Part shown: positions 23,846 to 33,783 of the stretch, piece by piece | Position numbering within the stretch: the first letter of the stretch is position 1 | Layout of the letters: each line of letters starts with the position of its first letter | Assembly (NCBI GenBank): GCA_036381695.1 | Contig: DASVCI010000051.1 | Coordinates: forward strand, 2,578 to 66,577 | DNA: 64,000 nt | Direction of reading: 5' to 3' | Source of the DNA: Steroidobacteraceae bacterium | Lineage (GTDB): Bacteria > Pseudomonadota > Gammaproteobacteria > Steroidobacterales > Steroidobacteraceae | The notes under the pieces: generated by a model | Databases searched by the model: none | What the model saw: only the letters and a program-made list of their open reading frames with translations | What the model was told of the DNA's origin: nothing | Translations under genes and position numbers: made by a program

Positions 23846-24919
23846 ATGCGCCGCGGCAACGATCCAAAAGGCTTCATCGACCGGGATGCCGAACACGCGG
23901 CCCGGGGCGCGGCCCACTGGCTCGCCGTTTTGTCGGATGAGCACTGCACCGAGGCCGAGCGCCGGGAGTTTTTCGAATGGCTGCGCAGCTCCACGCGCAA
24001 CGTCGATGAGTTCCTGCGCCTGAGCACGCTGGTGCGCTCGGCCAGCAATCCCGAAGTGTGGCCGAACGAGAGCATCGAATCGCTGGTCGCCGCCGCCCGG
24101 AACAGCTCCAACGTGACGGAGCTGCAACGCGCCGACGAACAGGAGCCGGGGCGCTCGCCCAGGAGGTTCATTCCATGGGCGCTCGCTGCGTCACTGGTCG
24201 GGATTCTGGTGCTGGGTGCGGCGCTGCTCACGCAGGCGCCGATGACGAGCTGGCTCGAAACGACCTACACCACGCGAATCGGCGAGCAGCGCTCGATCAC
24301 TCTGGAAGATGGCTCGCTCGTGCAGTTGAACAGCCGTTCGCAATTGCGCACGCAATTCACCGATAGCGTGCGTGCGGTCGAGCTCGATGAAGGCGAGGCG
24401 ATTTTCCGGGTGGCGAGGGATCCTTCGCGTCCGTTCCGCGTTCGCACGCGCGCCATGGAGATCGTTGCGCTCGGCACCGCTTTCAATGTCAACGCGGACG
24501 AAATGCGCACCGTCGTGACCGTGCTCGAGGGGCGCATCAAGGTCCAGAATCGGATCGAGGTGCCGCAGAACGTCGCGAGCCCCACCCCCCGCGAATTCGA
24601 GCTGGCGGTAGGCGAGCAACTCATCGTCTCGCCTACGCATCCGGTGGTGCGCGTGTCTCTCGCCGACGTGGAGAAGGTGACGTCCTGGACCGAGCGGCGA
24701 CTCATCTTCGAGAACACGCCGCTTGCCGACGCGGCCCGCGAGTTCGCGCGCTACAGCCCGCGCGAGATTCGGATCGAAGACCCGCAGATCGCCGCGCGGC
24801 AGATCAGCGGAGTGTTCGACGCCACCGATCCGGCCTCGCTCGTCGAGTTCCTCAAACAGGACGCGACGGCGGAAGTGCTGCCGCATGAAGACGGCTGGGT
24901 AGTGCGCAGCCGCCGCTGA
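23846..24919 (+). CDS. FecR-family anti-sigma/sensor
   Basis: AAHWL..FFEWL; one TM; TRIGEQRSITLEDGS.V.LN, GEAIF.VA.D..RPF.V, LGTAFNV. Confidence 0.92.
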   Translation: MRRGNDPKGFIDRDAEHAARGAAHWLAVLSDEHCTEAERREFFEWLRSSTRNVDEFLRLSTLVRSASNPEVWPNESIESLVAAARNSSNVTELQRADEQEPGRSPRRFIPWALAASLVGILVLGAALLTQAPMTSWLETTYTTRIGEQRSITLEDGSLVQLNSRSQLRTQFTDSVRAVELDEGEAIFRVARDPSRPFRVRTRAMEIVALGTAFNVNADEMRTVVTVLEGRIKVQNRIEVPQNVASPTPREFELAVGEQLIVSPTHPVVRVSLADVEKVTSWTERRLIFENTPLADAAREFARYSPREIRIEDPQIAARQISGVFDATDPASLVEFLKQDATAEVLPHEDGWVVRSRR

Positions 24920-24951
24920 CCGGTTTTTTGCAGCCGTCCCTCTGCCCCGGC

Positions 24952-25662
24952 TCAGCCACCGAGCGCGATCTCCACGCGCTTGTTGTGCTTGCCTTCGTTG
25001 CGGATCCGTATGACGCGGATTGCTCCGATCTCGCTGATGTTGCGCACGTGAGTGCCGCCGCAGGGCTGCAAGTCGATGCCCGGAATGTTGAGCAGGCGCA
25101 CTCGTCCCGCTCCGCGCGGCGGTTTGACGCTCATCGTCTTCACCAGCTCCGGACGAGCGTCCAGCTCCTCGTCGGTGATCCAGACAGTCTCTGTATTCAC
25201 CGCCCGCGAGATGAGCTCATTGGTTTCGCGCTCGATGCGCCCCGCATCGAGCAGGCTCATGTCGATGTCGAAGTCGAGCCTGGCCTTGTCCGGCGCAATG
25301 TTCCCTCCCGTCACCGGAGCCACGACGACGCACGACATCACGTGCAAGGCTGTGTGCAGGCGCATGAGCGAGTAGCGGCGCTCCCAATCGATCTCGAGCG
25401 TGAGCGGCTCGCCTGGCTCGAGCGCTGGCGAGCCGGGCGCCGGGATGTGCACGACGGTATCGGGAGTTGCGCCCTTGCGCGTGTCCACAATGGAAACGCG
25501 CTCTCCGTTCTGGCGGACGAGCACGCCGGTATCGCCGGGCTGACCGCCTCCAAGGGGATAGAAGATCGTGCGATCGAGCTCGATGCCGCGCTCGGTGACC
25601 GCCACGACGCGCGCGTCGGCGGTCTTCAAATAGGCGTCTTCGCGAAAGAGTAATTCGGACAT
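24952..25662 (-). CDS. alaX: Free-standing alanyl-tRNA editing protein (AlaX)
   Basis: TIFYPLGGGQPGD, MRLHTALH, CGGTH. Confidence 0.92.
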   Translation of the reverse strand: MSELLFREDAYLKTADARVVAVTERGIELDRTIFYPLGGGQPGDTGVLVRQNGERVSIVDTRKGATPDTVVHIPAPGSPALEPGEPLTLEIDWERRYSLMRLHTALHVMSCVVVAPVTGGNIAPDKARLDFDIDMSLLDAGRIERETNELISRAVNTETVWITDEELDARPELVKTMSVKPPRGAGRVRLLNIPGIDLQPCGGTHVRNISEIGAIRVIRIRNEGKHNKRVEIALGG

Positions 25663-25758
25663 CTCGAAAGCTCGCAGACGGAAACAGGAACAGGGTACTC
25701 AATCTCGGCGTGGCCGCAGTACGCAGTTGGGCGCCGCTCGAGGCGTCACAGTGAGGAA

Positions 25759-25910
25759 CCCCCACCCCGTCCCTCCCCCGCACGCGGGGGAGGGAATGAA
25801 GAGAATTGCGCGTGATTGTTGCGTCCCTTCCCCCGTGAAAACGGGGGAAGGACAGGATGGGGGCAATGAAGAATGCCCCCTATCCCTCCCCCCCGCGTGC
25901 GAGGGAGGGA
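25759..25910. repeat. Cluster of three REP-like palindromes (direct, inverted, direct)
   Basis: CCCCCACCCCGTCCCTCCCCCGCACGCGGGGGAGGGA; inverted GTCCCTTCCCCCGTGAAAACGGGGGAAGGACAGGATGGGGG; degenerate third copy. Confidence 0.85.
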
Positions 25911-25916
25911 AGAAAG

Positions 25917-27563
25917 TCAGCTAGCAGGGGAGAGGATGGAAAGCGCCGCCAGACCGTGCGCTCTCTCCTTCCGACTCTTCGATGCAGGTTTGCGTGGAGC
26001 GAGATTTGGATAGAGCGCGAGGAGCCGGCGGAGAACGCCGTTCGTCCAGCCGAATCCGTCCTGCAGCGGATACTCTCCGCCGCCGCCCTCGGCGGCGCCC
26101 GTGACGTCGTATTTCTCGACGAGCTTGCCGGTCGCGTGAAACACTTCGAGGTTCTTCGCCACCCAACGCTGCGCGATGACGCCGGCAAGCGACTCCTGGC
26201 CGTAGTGGCGCAGCCCGCCGATCGCAATCCATTGCAACGGAGCCCAGCCGTTCGGCTCATCCCATTGCTCGCCCGTGTTGACAGTGCTCGTCGAGAGCCC
26301 GTGCGGACGCAGGAGCTTCGCGCGTACGGCTGTGGCGACCATGCGCGCCTGCGACTCATTGCTGAGTTTGAAGTACAGCGGATATAGCGTTGCGGCCGTC
26401 ACTCTCGGGACGCGCTTGTCCGTGCGCCACTCGTAATCGGTGAACGCGCCGAGCTCGGGATCCCACAGGAACTTGCTGACCGCCGCCTTGCGCGCCTTTG
26501 CGCGCGCGCCCATGTCGCTGGCGCACGCTTCGTCCTCGACGATGCGACAGGCTTTGGCGATCGTTTGCTCGAGCTGATAGAGCAGGCTGTTCAGATCCGG
26601 CGGAATCAGCTCGACCGTACGGATCGTCGCCAGCGTTTTGCCGTCCTCGAACCAGCGCGAGCTGAAGTCCCAGCCGCTTTCGGCCGCAGCGCGCAGGTTC
26701 CGGTACACCTCCGCGGCCGGGCGGCCCGATGAGCGCGCAGTCGCGACATCTTCCTTGTACGACTCCTCACGCGGCGTGTCCCGGTCGTCCCAGTAACGAT
26801 TGAGGAGCGAGCCGTCGCTCAGCCTCACCACGCGACGATGCGCCGTGCCCGGCGCCAGCGACTCCGAGCCCTCCATCCAGAACGCATACTCGCGCTTGAG
26901 CTGAGGCAGGTACTTCTTGTACGCGCTCTGCCCTTCACGCTCGGCGATCAGCTCGATCATCGCCGCGAAGAACGGTGGCTGCGAGCGGCTCAGATAGTAG
27001 CTCCGATTGCCGTTGGGAATGTGTCCGTACGTGTCGATCAGGTAGGCGAAGTTCGCCACCATGTCGAGATTCAGATCGTGCCGCCCGCTCGTCTCGAGGC
27101 CGAGCATCGTGAAGTACGAATCCCAGTAGTAGATCTCGTTGAAGCGTCCGCCCGGCACGATGTACCGGTGCGGCAGCGCGAGCCGCGAGGAATACGGGCG
27201 CTGATCGTCGGGCTTGCGCTCCAGCACGCTCCAGAGCCGATCGATGTGATCGCGCACGTCCTGACCGGCGATCGTGTGATAAGGCGGGATGTGCGCAGCG
27301 GTGGGCTCGAAATGAGCTTTGACGAACGCGGCGAGATCGAATCCTGGCCGCTCGCGTGCGCGGCGATACTCCTCGAGGATGACTTCAGGCGGTTGCATGG
27401 GCAGCGCGTCGACGAACGTCTTGCTGTCCGGATAGACGCCCTCGAGCTGCACGCGCTCGAACAGTTCGCCGTAGATCTGCGACGGCGTCGGCACCTCGGC
27501 CGCGAGCACCGGCCCAGTGAGCCACAGCGCCGCAAACAACACGCGAATGATGGATCCTCGCAC
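25917..27563 (-). CDS. treA: Periplasmic alpha,alpha-trehalase (GH37)
   Basis: Signal peptide; DSKTFVD, PGGRFNEIYYWDSYF, RSQPP, AESGWDFSSRW, QWDEPNGWAP, GGGGEY..QDGFGWTNGV. Confidence 0.93.
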   Translation of the reverse strand: MRGSIIRVLFAALWLTGPVLAAEVPTPSQIYGELFERVQLEGVYPDSKTFVDALPMQPPEVILEEYRRARERPGFDLAAFVKAHFEPTAAHIPPYHTIAGQDVRDHIDRLWSVLERKPDDQRPYSSRLALPHRYIVPGGRFNEIYYWDSYFTMLGLETSGRHDLNLDMVANFAYLIDTYGHIPNGNRSYYLSRSQPPFFAAMIELIAEREGQSAYKKYLPQLKREYAFWMEGSESLAPGTAHRRVVRLSDGSLLNRYWDDRDTPREESYKEDVATARSSGRPAAEVYRNLRAAAESGWDFSSRWFEDGKTLATIRTVELIPPDLNSLLYQLEQTIAKACRIVEDEACASDMGARAKARKAAVSKFLWDPELGAFTDYEWRTDKRVPRVTAATLYPLYFKLSNESQARMVATAVRAKLLRPHGLSTSTVNTGEQWDEPNGWAPLQWIAIGGLRHYGQESLAGVIAQRWVAKNLEVFHATGKLVEKYDVTGAAEGGGGEYPLQDGFGWTNGVLRRLLALYPNLAPRKPASKSRKERAHGLAALSILSPAS

Positions 27564-27585
27564 GTGGCACCTCGTCAGTCTCTTG

Positions 27586-30375
27586 TCAGTACTTGTAGGT
27601 GACGGACCCCATGAACGAGCGCCCGAACAAAGGCCGCGCCATGTAAAGCGGGCCTATCGCCCCGGCGTGCACGTCGGTTCTGGGGTTGGCCTCCGTCAGG
27701 CCGATTTCATCGGTCAGATTGTCGCCGCTCAACTGCAGCGTCCAGCGGTCGCCGAGATCGAACATCACCCCTGCGTCCAGCTTGTGGTAAGCCGGCAGCC
27801 GGATCGTGTTCTCGTCGTTCGCGAACCGTTGGCCGGCGTAAGTGTAAGTGAGATACACGCGGCAGCGGGCATCGAGGAGAGAGAGCGTCGGAGTGACGCG
27901 CACCATCGTCTTAGGGATGCGGCGAATCGTGTTGCCGGTATTGTCGAGGAGCGCTCCGGTGAATGCGCGGTATTCCGGATCCTGGCGCGTGATGCTGAAG
28001 CGCACGTTGAGCTCCGGGCTCGGTTGCAGCTCCCCCTCGAGCTCGAGGCCGCGCGTGCGCGTTTGCGCGCGCCGCACGATCGTCGTGCCCCCTGCGGCGA
28101 TGTCCTGAAATGGCACGTTGTCGAATGCTGTCTGGAACAGCGTCGCGAACAGCACGAAACGGTCGAGCGAAGTCTTGTAGCCGAGCTCGAGATTGGTGAC
28201 CCGATCCTTCACGGTGAGACCGTTGCGCACATCATCGAAGCTCGGGAGCTTCGCAGCATCAGTGTAGTGAGCGAATACTGCGTGCCGGGGGCTGAGCTCA
28301 TAGTTCAGACCAAGGGAGACCGCGAAGTTGTCGAAGTCGGCCTCGACACGACGACGTCGCGGGCCGGCGAGTGAGGTTTGATTGTCCCACGGCGTCGAGG
28401 CGTCGCCGTCGAGATCGACGATGAGCCCTTCACTGATCGAGCCGTCGAGCTGCTCGGAGTCATAGCGCATGCCGAGGTCTATGCGCAGCCGCCCGGTCGC
28501 CTGCCACTCATCGGCCCAGTAGAGCGCGTACTGGGTGGCCTCGTAATCGGCGAGCAGATTCATGAACGAATACTGCGTGAACCCGTCCGGATCGGTCACG
28601 CCCGGCAAGGCGAGCCGCCGCGGCCGATCGCTCACGTCCATGAGAAGGCGGTTGCCCAAGCTCCAGCGATCGGACATCGAGTAGTCGGCGAGATACAGGC
28701 CGAACGTGAGCTGGTGGCCGCCCGGCGCGTAGTGGAGCCTGAGATCGTTCTGCAGGGCCTCGAACTTCTTGTTGACGACCCAATAGCCATGGTTCTGCAC
28801 GAGCGCAGAGGCGGGATACGAAGCGCCGGTCGCGAGCACCGTATAAGCAGGTGACACTCCGTGGCTCGCAGCGAACTCTTCGCCGGTGACCGGTGCGTTC
28901 TCGGGGAAGAGTCCGTTGAAGCGCACTTCGCCGGTCGTGTAACGAACGAGATTCGTGAGCGCGACCGGGCCTGCGGGCTGCCAAGCGAGGCGTGCGCCGA
29001 ACGTTGCCACTTGCGGATGGATGCCATCTTCCAGGCTCGAGTCCTCGAGCCCTACTTCGGCCGCCGAAGGTGGAAGGCCCGCACGAGCCAGGTCTTCGCT
29101 ATGCAGCGAATAGGTGCCTGCATCCGCTCCCGCAACCCCGCGCGGATCGGAAGGATCACCCGTGAGCGGGATCGGCACGACGAACAAGGATCGATCGTCG
29201 ATGTACTTGGCGAAAAGCTCGAGCTCGCCCGAAGCGAATGCGCGCCCGATGTTCAGGCGCAGCTGCCCGCCCTCATCCGCCGTGTAGCCCGGATCGCGCA
29301 CGCCCTCCGAAGCTCGCAAGTAGCCGCCGAATGCGCCGCGCCAGCCCGCTGCGATCGGGCCAGTCCAGGAGAGGTCGGTTCGATAAGACCCATAATCGCT
29401 CAACCCGAGCTCGAGCGTGGCCTCGGGCACGGGGCTCGGGCGACGCGTGACGAAGTTGATCGTTCCGCCGACCGCGCCGGCAGTGAAGATGGGCGCCGTG
29501 CCGCCGCGCACCGCTTCCACTCGCTCGATGGTCTTGTCGATCCGCACGAACTGATCGGGGTTGTAGAACGACAGCTCGAAAACGGGATAAAGAGGAATGC
29601 CGTCCTCGGTCAGCCCGACGTACCGGTAGCCCCCGTCCTGTATGATGCCGCGCGCGAACACGTTGCCCTGAGTCGTCCCCGAAGTGGACTCGACCCAGAA
29701 TCCCGGCACGGCGGCGATCAGCTCCGCAGAGCTTTTCGGCGCCTGCTGAGCGATGTCCTCGATGTCGAACGTCGAGATCGCCACGCTCGATTCGAACTTC
29801 GTGCGCGTCGCCACTGCCGTTCCCGTGACGATCACTTCTTCCATCCCGAAGAGCGCAGCAGGCGGTGTCGGAGAATAGCTGCGACTTGCGCGCCCGGCAG
29901 TCTGCGGAGCAGCCGGCGCCTGAGCGAGCCGATACGGGGCGAGCGAAGGCGGGCGCTTGTCAGAAACGGACCGCACCGGAGTCTCAGCCCTGATCGCGAC
30001 TGTCTTCGAGTTCAAGCGCTGCGCGACGAGACCGGTATTCTCCAGCAACTTTCGCAACGCCTCTTCCCGCGTATACCGGCCGCGGACCGGGGCCGACTCG
30101 CGACCTCGACCGATGTCGGAATAAAAGACGACTTGATCCCCGCTCTGCTCGGCGTATTGGCGCAGTGCCTCGGCCAGCGACCCGGCTGCGATATCGAACT
30201 CGCGCGCCGCCGCCTCCGCCCCAGAGTCGGAAGGAGCCTCGGCGCCGAGCACAGGCTGGGAGATGAGCGCGAGCGCGCCGAGCGCCGCCATCGCTGCGAG
30301 CGTGAATCCTCCTGCTCGCCTGAGCAACGAGGGCCGCCCGGGATACCTGTGAGCCGTTTTCAGTGGTCGCACCAT
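27586..30375 (-). CDS. TonB-dependent receptor with N-terminal STN signalling domain
   Basis: FDIAAGSLAEALRQYAEQSG..LLENTGL (STN); EEVIVTGT TonB box; plug IERVEAVRGG; C-terminal aromatic strand; start codon uncertain (30375 or 30429). Confidence 0.9.
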   Translation of the reverse strand: MVRPLKTAHRYPGRPSLLRRAGGFTLAAMAALGALALISQPVLGAEAPSDSGAEAAAREFDIAAGSLAEALRQYAEQSGDQVVFYSDIGRGRESAPVRGRYTREEALRKLLENTGLVAQRLNSKTVAIRAETPVRSVSDKRPPSLAPYRLAQAPAAPQTAGRASRSYSPTPPAALFGMEEVIVTGTAVATRTKFESSVAISTFDIEDIAQQAPKSSAELIAAVPGFWVESTSGTTQGNVFARGIIQDGGYRYVGLTEDGIPLYPVFELSFYNPDQFVRIDKTIERVEAVRGGTAPIFTAGAVGGTINFVTRRPSPVPEATLELGLSDYGSYRTDLSWTGPIAAGWRGAFGGYLRASEGVRDPGYTADEGGQLRLNIGRAFASGELELFAKYIDDRSLFVVPIPLTGDPSDPRGVAGADAGTYSLHSEDLARAGLPPSAAEVGLEDSSLEDGIHPQVATFGARLAWQPAGPVALTNLVRYTTGEVRFNGLFPENAPVTGEEFAASHGVSPAYTVLATGASYPASALVQNHGYWVVNKKFEALQNDLRLHYAPGGHQLTFGLYLADYSMSDRWSLGNRLLMDVSDRPRRLALPGVTDPDGFTQYSFMNLLADYEATQYALYWADEWQATGRLRIDLGMRYDSEQLDGSISEGLIVDLDGDASTPWDNQTSLAGPRRRRVEADFDNFAVSLGLNYELSPRHAVFAHYTDAAKLPSFDDVRNGLTVKDRVTNLELGYKTSLDRFVLFATLFQTAFDNVPFQDIAAGGTTIVRRAQTRTRGLELEGELQPSPELNVRFSITRQDPEYRAFTGALLDNTGNTIRRIPKTMVRVTPTLSLLDARCRVYLTYTYAGQRFANDENTIRLPAYHKLDAGVMFDLGDRWTLQLSGDNLTDEIGLTEANPRTDVHAGAIGPLYMARPLFGRSFMGSVTYKY

Positions 30376-30648
30376 GAGCTTCGATCGATCTGGCATCCGG
30401 GCGGGGAACTTTCGAGCTCGGGGCGACAACGGTTCCTTTCAGAGCGGCTCAGCGCAAAAAATGCCCTTCTCCGGTCCACCGATCGACCCTTGGGCCGCAC
30501 CGGAGACGGCGTCCACAACGATCCGAAGAGTGCCACCACCGTGCGTCGAGTTCTATCCGAACATGGGTTCCAGCGGCGACATGGCCGCGCGCTGGGGGGT
30601 TGCGTTAAGCTCGCGGTTCCCCCAGGACCATCGACACGGGTTTCGCGC

Positions 30649-31233
30649 ATGCATTCATCCGACGAGAAGCCGGAGCGAGCCGATCGCTTCGAGAGCCTCA
30701 CCGAGCAACTGACTTTCAAGTCGCGCTTCGTGCTGGTGTTCGGCGAGATCAACCACACGCTGGCGCGTCAGACCTGCGAGCGGCTGATCGCGCTGGCACA
30801 GCATTCGAATGCGCCCATTCGCGTCCTCATCTCCTCGCCCGGCGGGCACGTGGAGTCGGGAGATGCGATTCACGACACGATCCGCTTCATCGAAGCGCCC
30901 GTCACCACCATCGGGACGGGATGGGTCGCGAGCGCCGGCACGCACATTTTCCTCGCCGCCGAGCGGGAGCGGCGCGTGTGCCTGCCGAATACGCGATTCA
31001 TGATCCATCAGCCGGGCGGCGGCGCCGGCGGTCCGGCGACCGACATTGCGATCCAGGCCAAGGAGATTCTGCGCACCCGCGAGCGCATCGCGCGCGTGAT
31101 CTCCAAGCAGACGGGGCAGCCCTACGAGCGGGTGATCGCCGACATGGAGCGCGACTTCTGGATGAGCCCCAAGGAAGCGATCGAGTACGGCATCGTCTCC
31201 CGCGTGATCGAGTCGTACAAAGAGCTGTCCTGA
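30649..31233 (+). CDS. clpP: ATP-dependent Clp protease proteolytic subunit (paralogue)
   Basis: ISSPGG, VASAG (Ser), MIHQP (His), ERDFWMS (Asp). Confidence 0.9.
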   Translation: MHSSDEKPERADRFESLTEQLTFKSRFVLVFGEINHTLARQTCERLIALAQHSNAPIRVLISSPGGHVESGDAIHDTIRFIEAPVTTIGTGWVASAGTHIFLAAERERRVCLPNTRFMIHQPGGGAGGPATDIAIQAKEILRTRERIARVISKQTGQPYERVIADMERDFWMSPKEAIEYGIVSRVIESYKELS

Positions 31234-31237
31234 GGAA

Positions 31238-31320
31238 GCCCCACCCTCCCCTCCCCGGCAAGCGCGGGAGGGGAATGTGCTCGTCCCCGCCCCCGCTTGC
31301 CGGCGGGGACAGGGTCGGGC
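31238..31320. repeat. Inverted pair of degenerate REP-like palindromes between convergent genes
   Basis: GCCCCACCCTCCCCTCCCCGGCAAGCGCGGGAGGGG ... GTCCCCGCCCCCGCTTGCCGGCGGGGACAGGGTCGGGC. Confidence 0.8.
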
Positions 31321-31330
31321 ACCGCGAACC

Positions 31331-33220
31331 TCAAAGCTCCCCAGGCGCTCGAGTGGCGATCCGCAACCCGTAAAACCGCGTCTTCTGCTCGAGCGCCGCC
31401 CAGACCGCCTCCGGCTCGAGATTCGCACCGGCCAGCTCCGCATAGTTCAGGTCGAGCACGCGCATGCCTTGCTCGCGCACGACTGCGATCCGGTCCGGCC
31501 GCACGATGGCGAAATCCGCATACTCGCTCAGTACCAGCGTCTCGCGGCCGCCCGGCTCGAAGAGCGAGCGGCCGACGCTGTACGTGTAGAAAGGCTCCCG
31601 GCAGCCGAAATACCGTTCGAGCAAGGTCGGCACCACGTCGAAATGCGTGGTGCGATGAGTATGCAACGCGGGTGCGAGATCCGGGGCATGCAAGAGCAGC
31701 GGAACACCGGTCTGATAACGAGTGAAGTTGCTGCCGTGACCCCAGTAGTTGCGGCCGCTGTCATTGAACTCCTGCCCGTGATCACCCGTGACGATCACGA
31801 TCGACTCCTCGAGGAGCTTGCGCCTTTCCAGCGCTTCGAGCGCAAGGCCGACCAGGCTGTCGACGTAGTGCACGGAGTTGCGGTAGCGATTGAGCAGCGG
31901 CAAGGGATTGGTGTCACGCTCGAGGCGGAAGTAGTCGACGTCCGGCGCGCTTGGCCGAAAACGCGGCCCTCCTTCCCCTTGCGGGAATTCGAACTTGTGC
32001 GGCGAGTCGTAGAAGAGCAGCGCGAAGAACGGCCCGCGCGATGCGGGTGAGTCGAGGAATCTGATGAAGTCCTCGGTGAGGTCGCGGTCGCGTTCCACCG
32101 AGCTTCGGCCATCCGAACGCAGGCGCACGCCCTCAACCGCGGCGAACACGGTCCTGTCGAACTCCGGGCTGTAGAGCGGCGCGCTTCGGAAGACCCGCAC
32201 GTCATAGCCCGCCTCCAGGAGCTTGTCGACGAACACCGGCCCCTGCCGCTCCATGAGCATGCGGTGCCAGTAGGTCCCCGGAATGGCGTAGAACAACGAG
32301 AAGACTCCGATGCGCGTGGCGTTCCCGCCGCTGTGATGGTCCATGAAGCGGACCGAGCGCCGGGCGAGCGCGTCGAGATTCGGAGTCACTTGTCTGTCGA
32401 GCGCATCGAAGCGCCACGAGTCGATGAGAATGACCACGATGTTGCGGCGCTCGCTCCCGCCTTCGCAGCGCACTGGACGCAGCGGATAAGCGAGGTCGCC
32501 CTTGTCGTTATCCGGCGGGCCCGCCAGCAAAGGTCGCGGGCGCACGTTGACTCCCAGCGCGCGCAACGATCGCTTCGCTGTCGCGGCATAGCGCAGCGGC
32601 AAAACAGACGTTTGCTCCAGAATCGGCTCGTGCGCCACCACGTCCGCCCAGATGTGCACGAGATGAAAGGCCAGCACGGCCGTGGCCGTTCCCGCAACAG
32701 CCACCCTGCGCAGGCGCTTACGCCCTGGTGTGCTTCGAACGCGGCGCCACCAGAGAAACGCGCTGATCGCTTGCAGCGCAGCCACGCCTGCAGCGATCAA
32801 AGCCGCTCGAGCGTACATCGAGCCTGAGAAGACGAACGTCTCCGCAGCTGCGCCCCCGAACAACAGGTTCAGCACACCCGCGTTGATGTGGAAGCGATAG
32901 AGCTGAAAGACCTGCGTGTCGACGAGCAAGCCGAGCAACAGCGCGACCGAGATGAGCCACGCCAGAGCGATCGCGAGCGAGGCCCGGACGCGCAGCAGAA
33001 TCAGCAACAGCACCGGTGACAGGAGCAGCGCCGACAGGGTCGTGAAATGCGCGACCAGCATCACCGCCCGAAACAGCATCGACGGCGGCGAGGCATCGAG
33101 GTCGGCGACCGCGTAATACCGCAGCGCAATCGCGAGCTCGAGGAGCACGGTGCTCGACAGAAATCCCCCCCACCATCGAAGCAGCGGGCGAGGCGAAGGC
33201 CTGGAAGGGCAGCTCGTCAT
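31331..33220 (-). CDS. YejM/PbgA-like inner-membrane protein (TM domain plus sulfatase-like domain)
   Basis: About 5 TMs; DTQVFQLYRFHIN, IDSWRFD, HHSGGNATRIGVFSLFY, TGDHGQEFND..WGH. Confidence 0.85.
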   Translation of the reverse strand: MTSCPSRPSPRPLLRWWGGFLSSTVLLELAIALRYYAVADLDASPPSMLFRAVMLVAHFTTLSALLLSPVLLLILLRVRASLAIALAWLISVALLLGLLVDTQVFQLYRFHINAGVLNLLFGGAAAETFVFSGSMYARAALIAAGVAALQAISAFLWWRRVRSTPGRKRLRRVAVAGTATAVLAFHLVHIWADVVAHEPILEQTSVLPLRYAATAKRSLRALGVNVRPRPLLAGPPDNDKGDLAYPLRPVRCEGGSERRNIVVILIDSWRFDALDRQVTPNLDALARRSVRFMDHHSGGNATRIGVFSLFYAIPGTYWHRMLMERQGPVFVDKLLEAGYDVRVFRSAPLYSPEFDRTVFAAVEGVRLRSDGRSSVERDRDLTEDFIRFLDSPASRGPFFALLFYDSPHKFEFPQGEGGPRFRPSAPDVDYFRLERDTNPLPLLNRYRNSVHYVDSLVGLALEALERRKLLEESIVIVTGDHGQEFNDSGRNYWGHGSNFTRYQTGVPLLLHAPDLAPALHTHRTTHFDVVPTLLERYFGCREPFYTYSVGRSLFEPGGRETLVLSEYADFAIVRPDRIAVVREQGMRVLDLNYAELAGANLEPEAVWAALEQKTRFYGLRIATRAPGEL

Positions 33221-33315
33221 GGGACTTCGGGTCGCATGCATGGACTAAGCGCACGCGGCCGGCGCAAAGTTTCAACGTGTACGGGGCCTTCCGGATCCCG
33301 CCCGGGTGCGGATCG

Positions 33316-33340
33316 GGAACAATGGCGGCTCGCCGACATT
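33316..33340 (+). promoter_or_regulatory. EcfG/ECF15-type promoter
   Basis: GGAAC-AATGGCGGCTCGCCGA-CATT (N16). Confidence 0.6.
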
Positions 33341-33371
33341 TGCCGGGCCTCGAGCCCATGAGGAGCTGCTT

Positions 33372-33617
33372 ATGATCCGCTCGTTGCTCATCCCCGCGCT
33401 CTCAGCCTGCCTGTCCCTGGCGGCCTTCCCTGCCCTGGCCGCCGAGGACGAGAACCCGCCGGTCTTCGAGTCGCTCGACAAGGACAAGAACGGGAAGGTC
33501 AGCGTGAACGAGGCGACCGAGCACGATGCGCTCTTCGTCGCCTTCGAAAGCCTCGACCAGGACAAGGACGGCGAGCTCACGAGAGAGGAGTTCGCCAAGT
33601 ACCAGCCACGCGGTTAG
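33372..33617 (+). CDS. Small secreted two-EF-hand protein
   Basis: AGGAG RBS; signal peptide; FESLDKDKNGKVS and FESLDQDKDGELTREEF. Confidence 0.85.
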   Translation: MIRSLLIPALSACLSLAAFPALAAEDENPPVFESLDKDKNGKVSVNEATEHDALFVAFESLDQDKDGELTREEFAKYQPRG

Positions 33618-33783
33618 CGAGCGGCATCAGGCTGTTCTTCCTGGAGCAGCCGGGCGGAGGTTCACCGGCGGGCGGGCCATAGGCGCGAAAAGCTCGTGTA
33701 CCATGCTTCGGCCCGCCTCGCTCCGGCTCGTGACCGGTCCGGGCGGCGCGGGCGCCTGTCTCGACAAATAACAGGATCGCGCC

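Noticed and set aside
28861-30648. Long N-terminal extension of the 790-aa ORF ending in ClpP
   Set aside because: Overlaps the TonB receptor antisense; ClpP homology starts at ~30649
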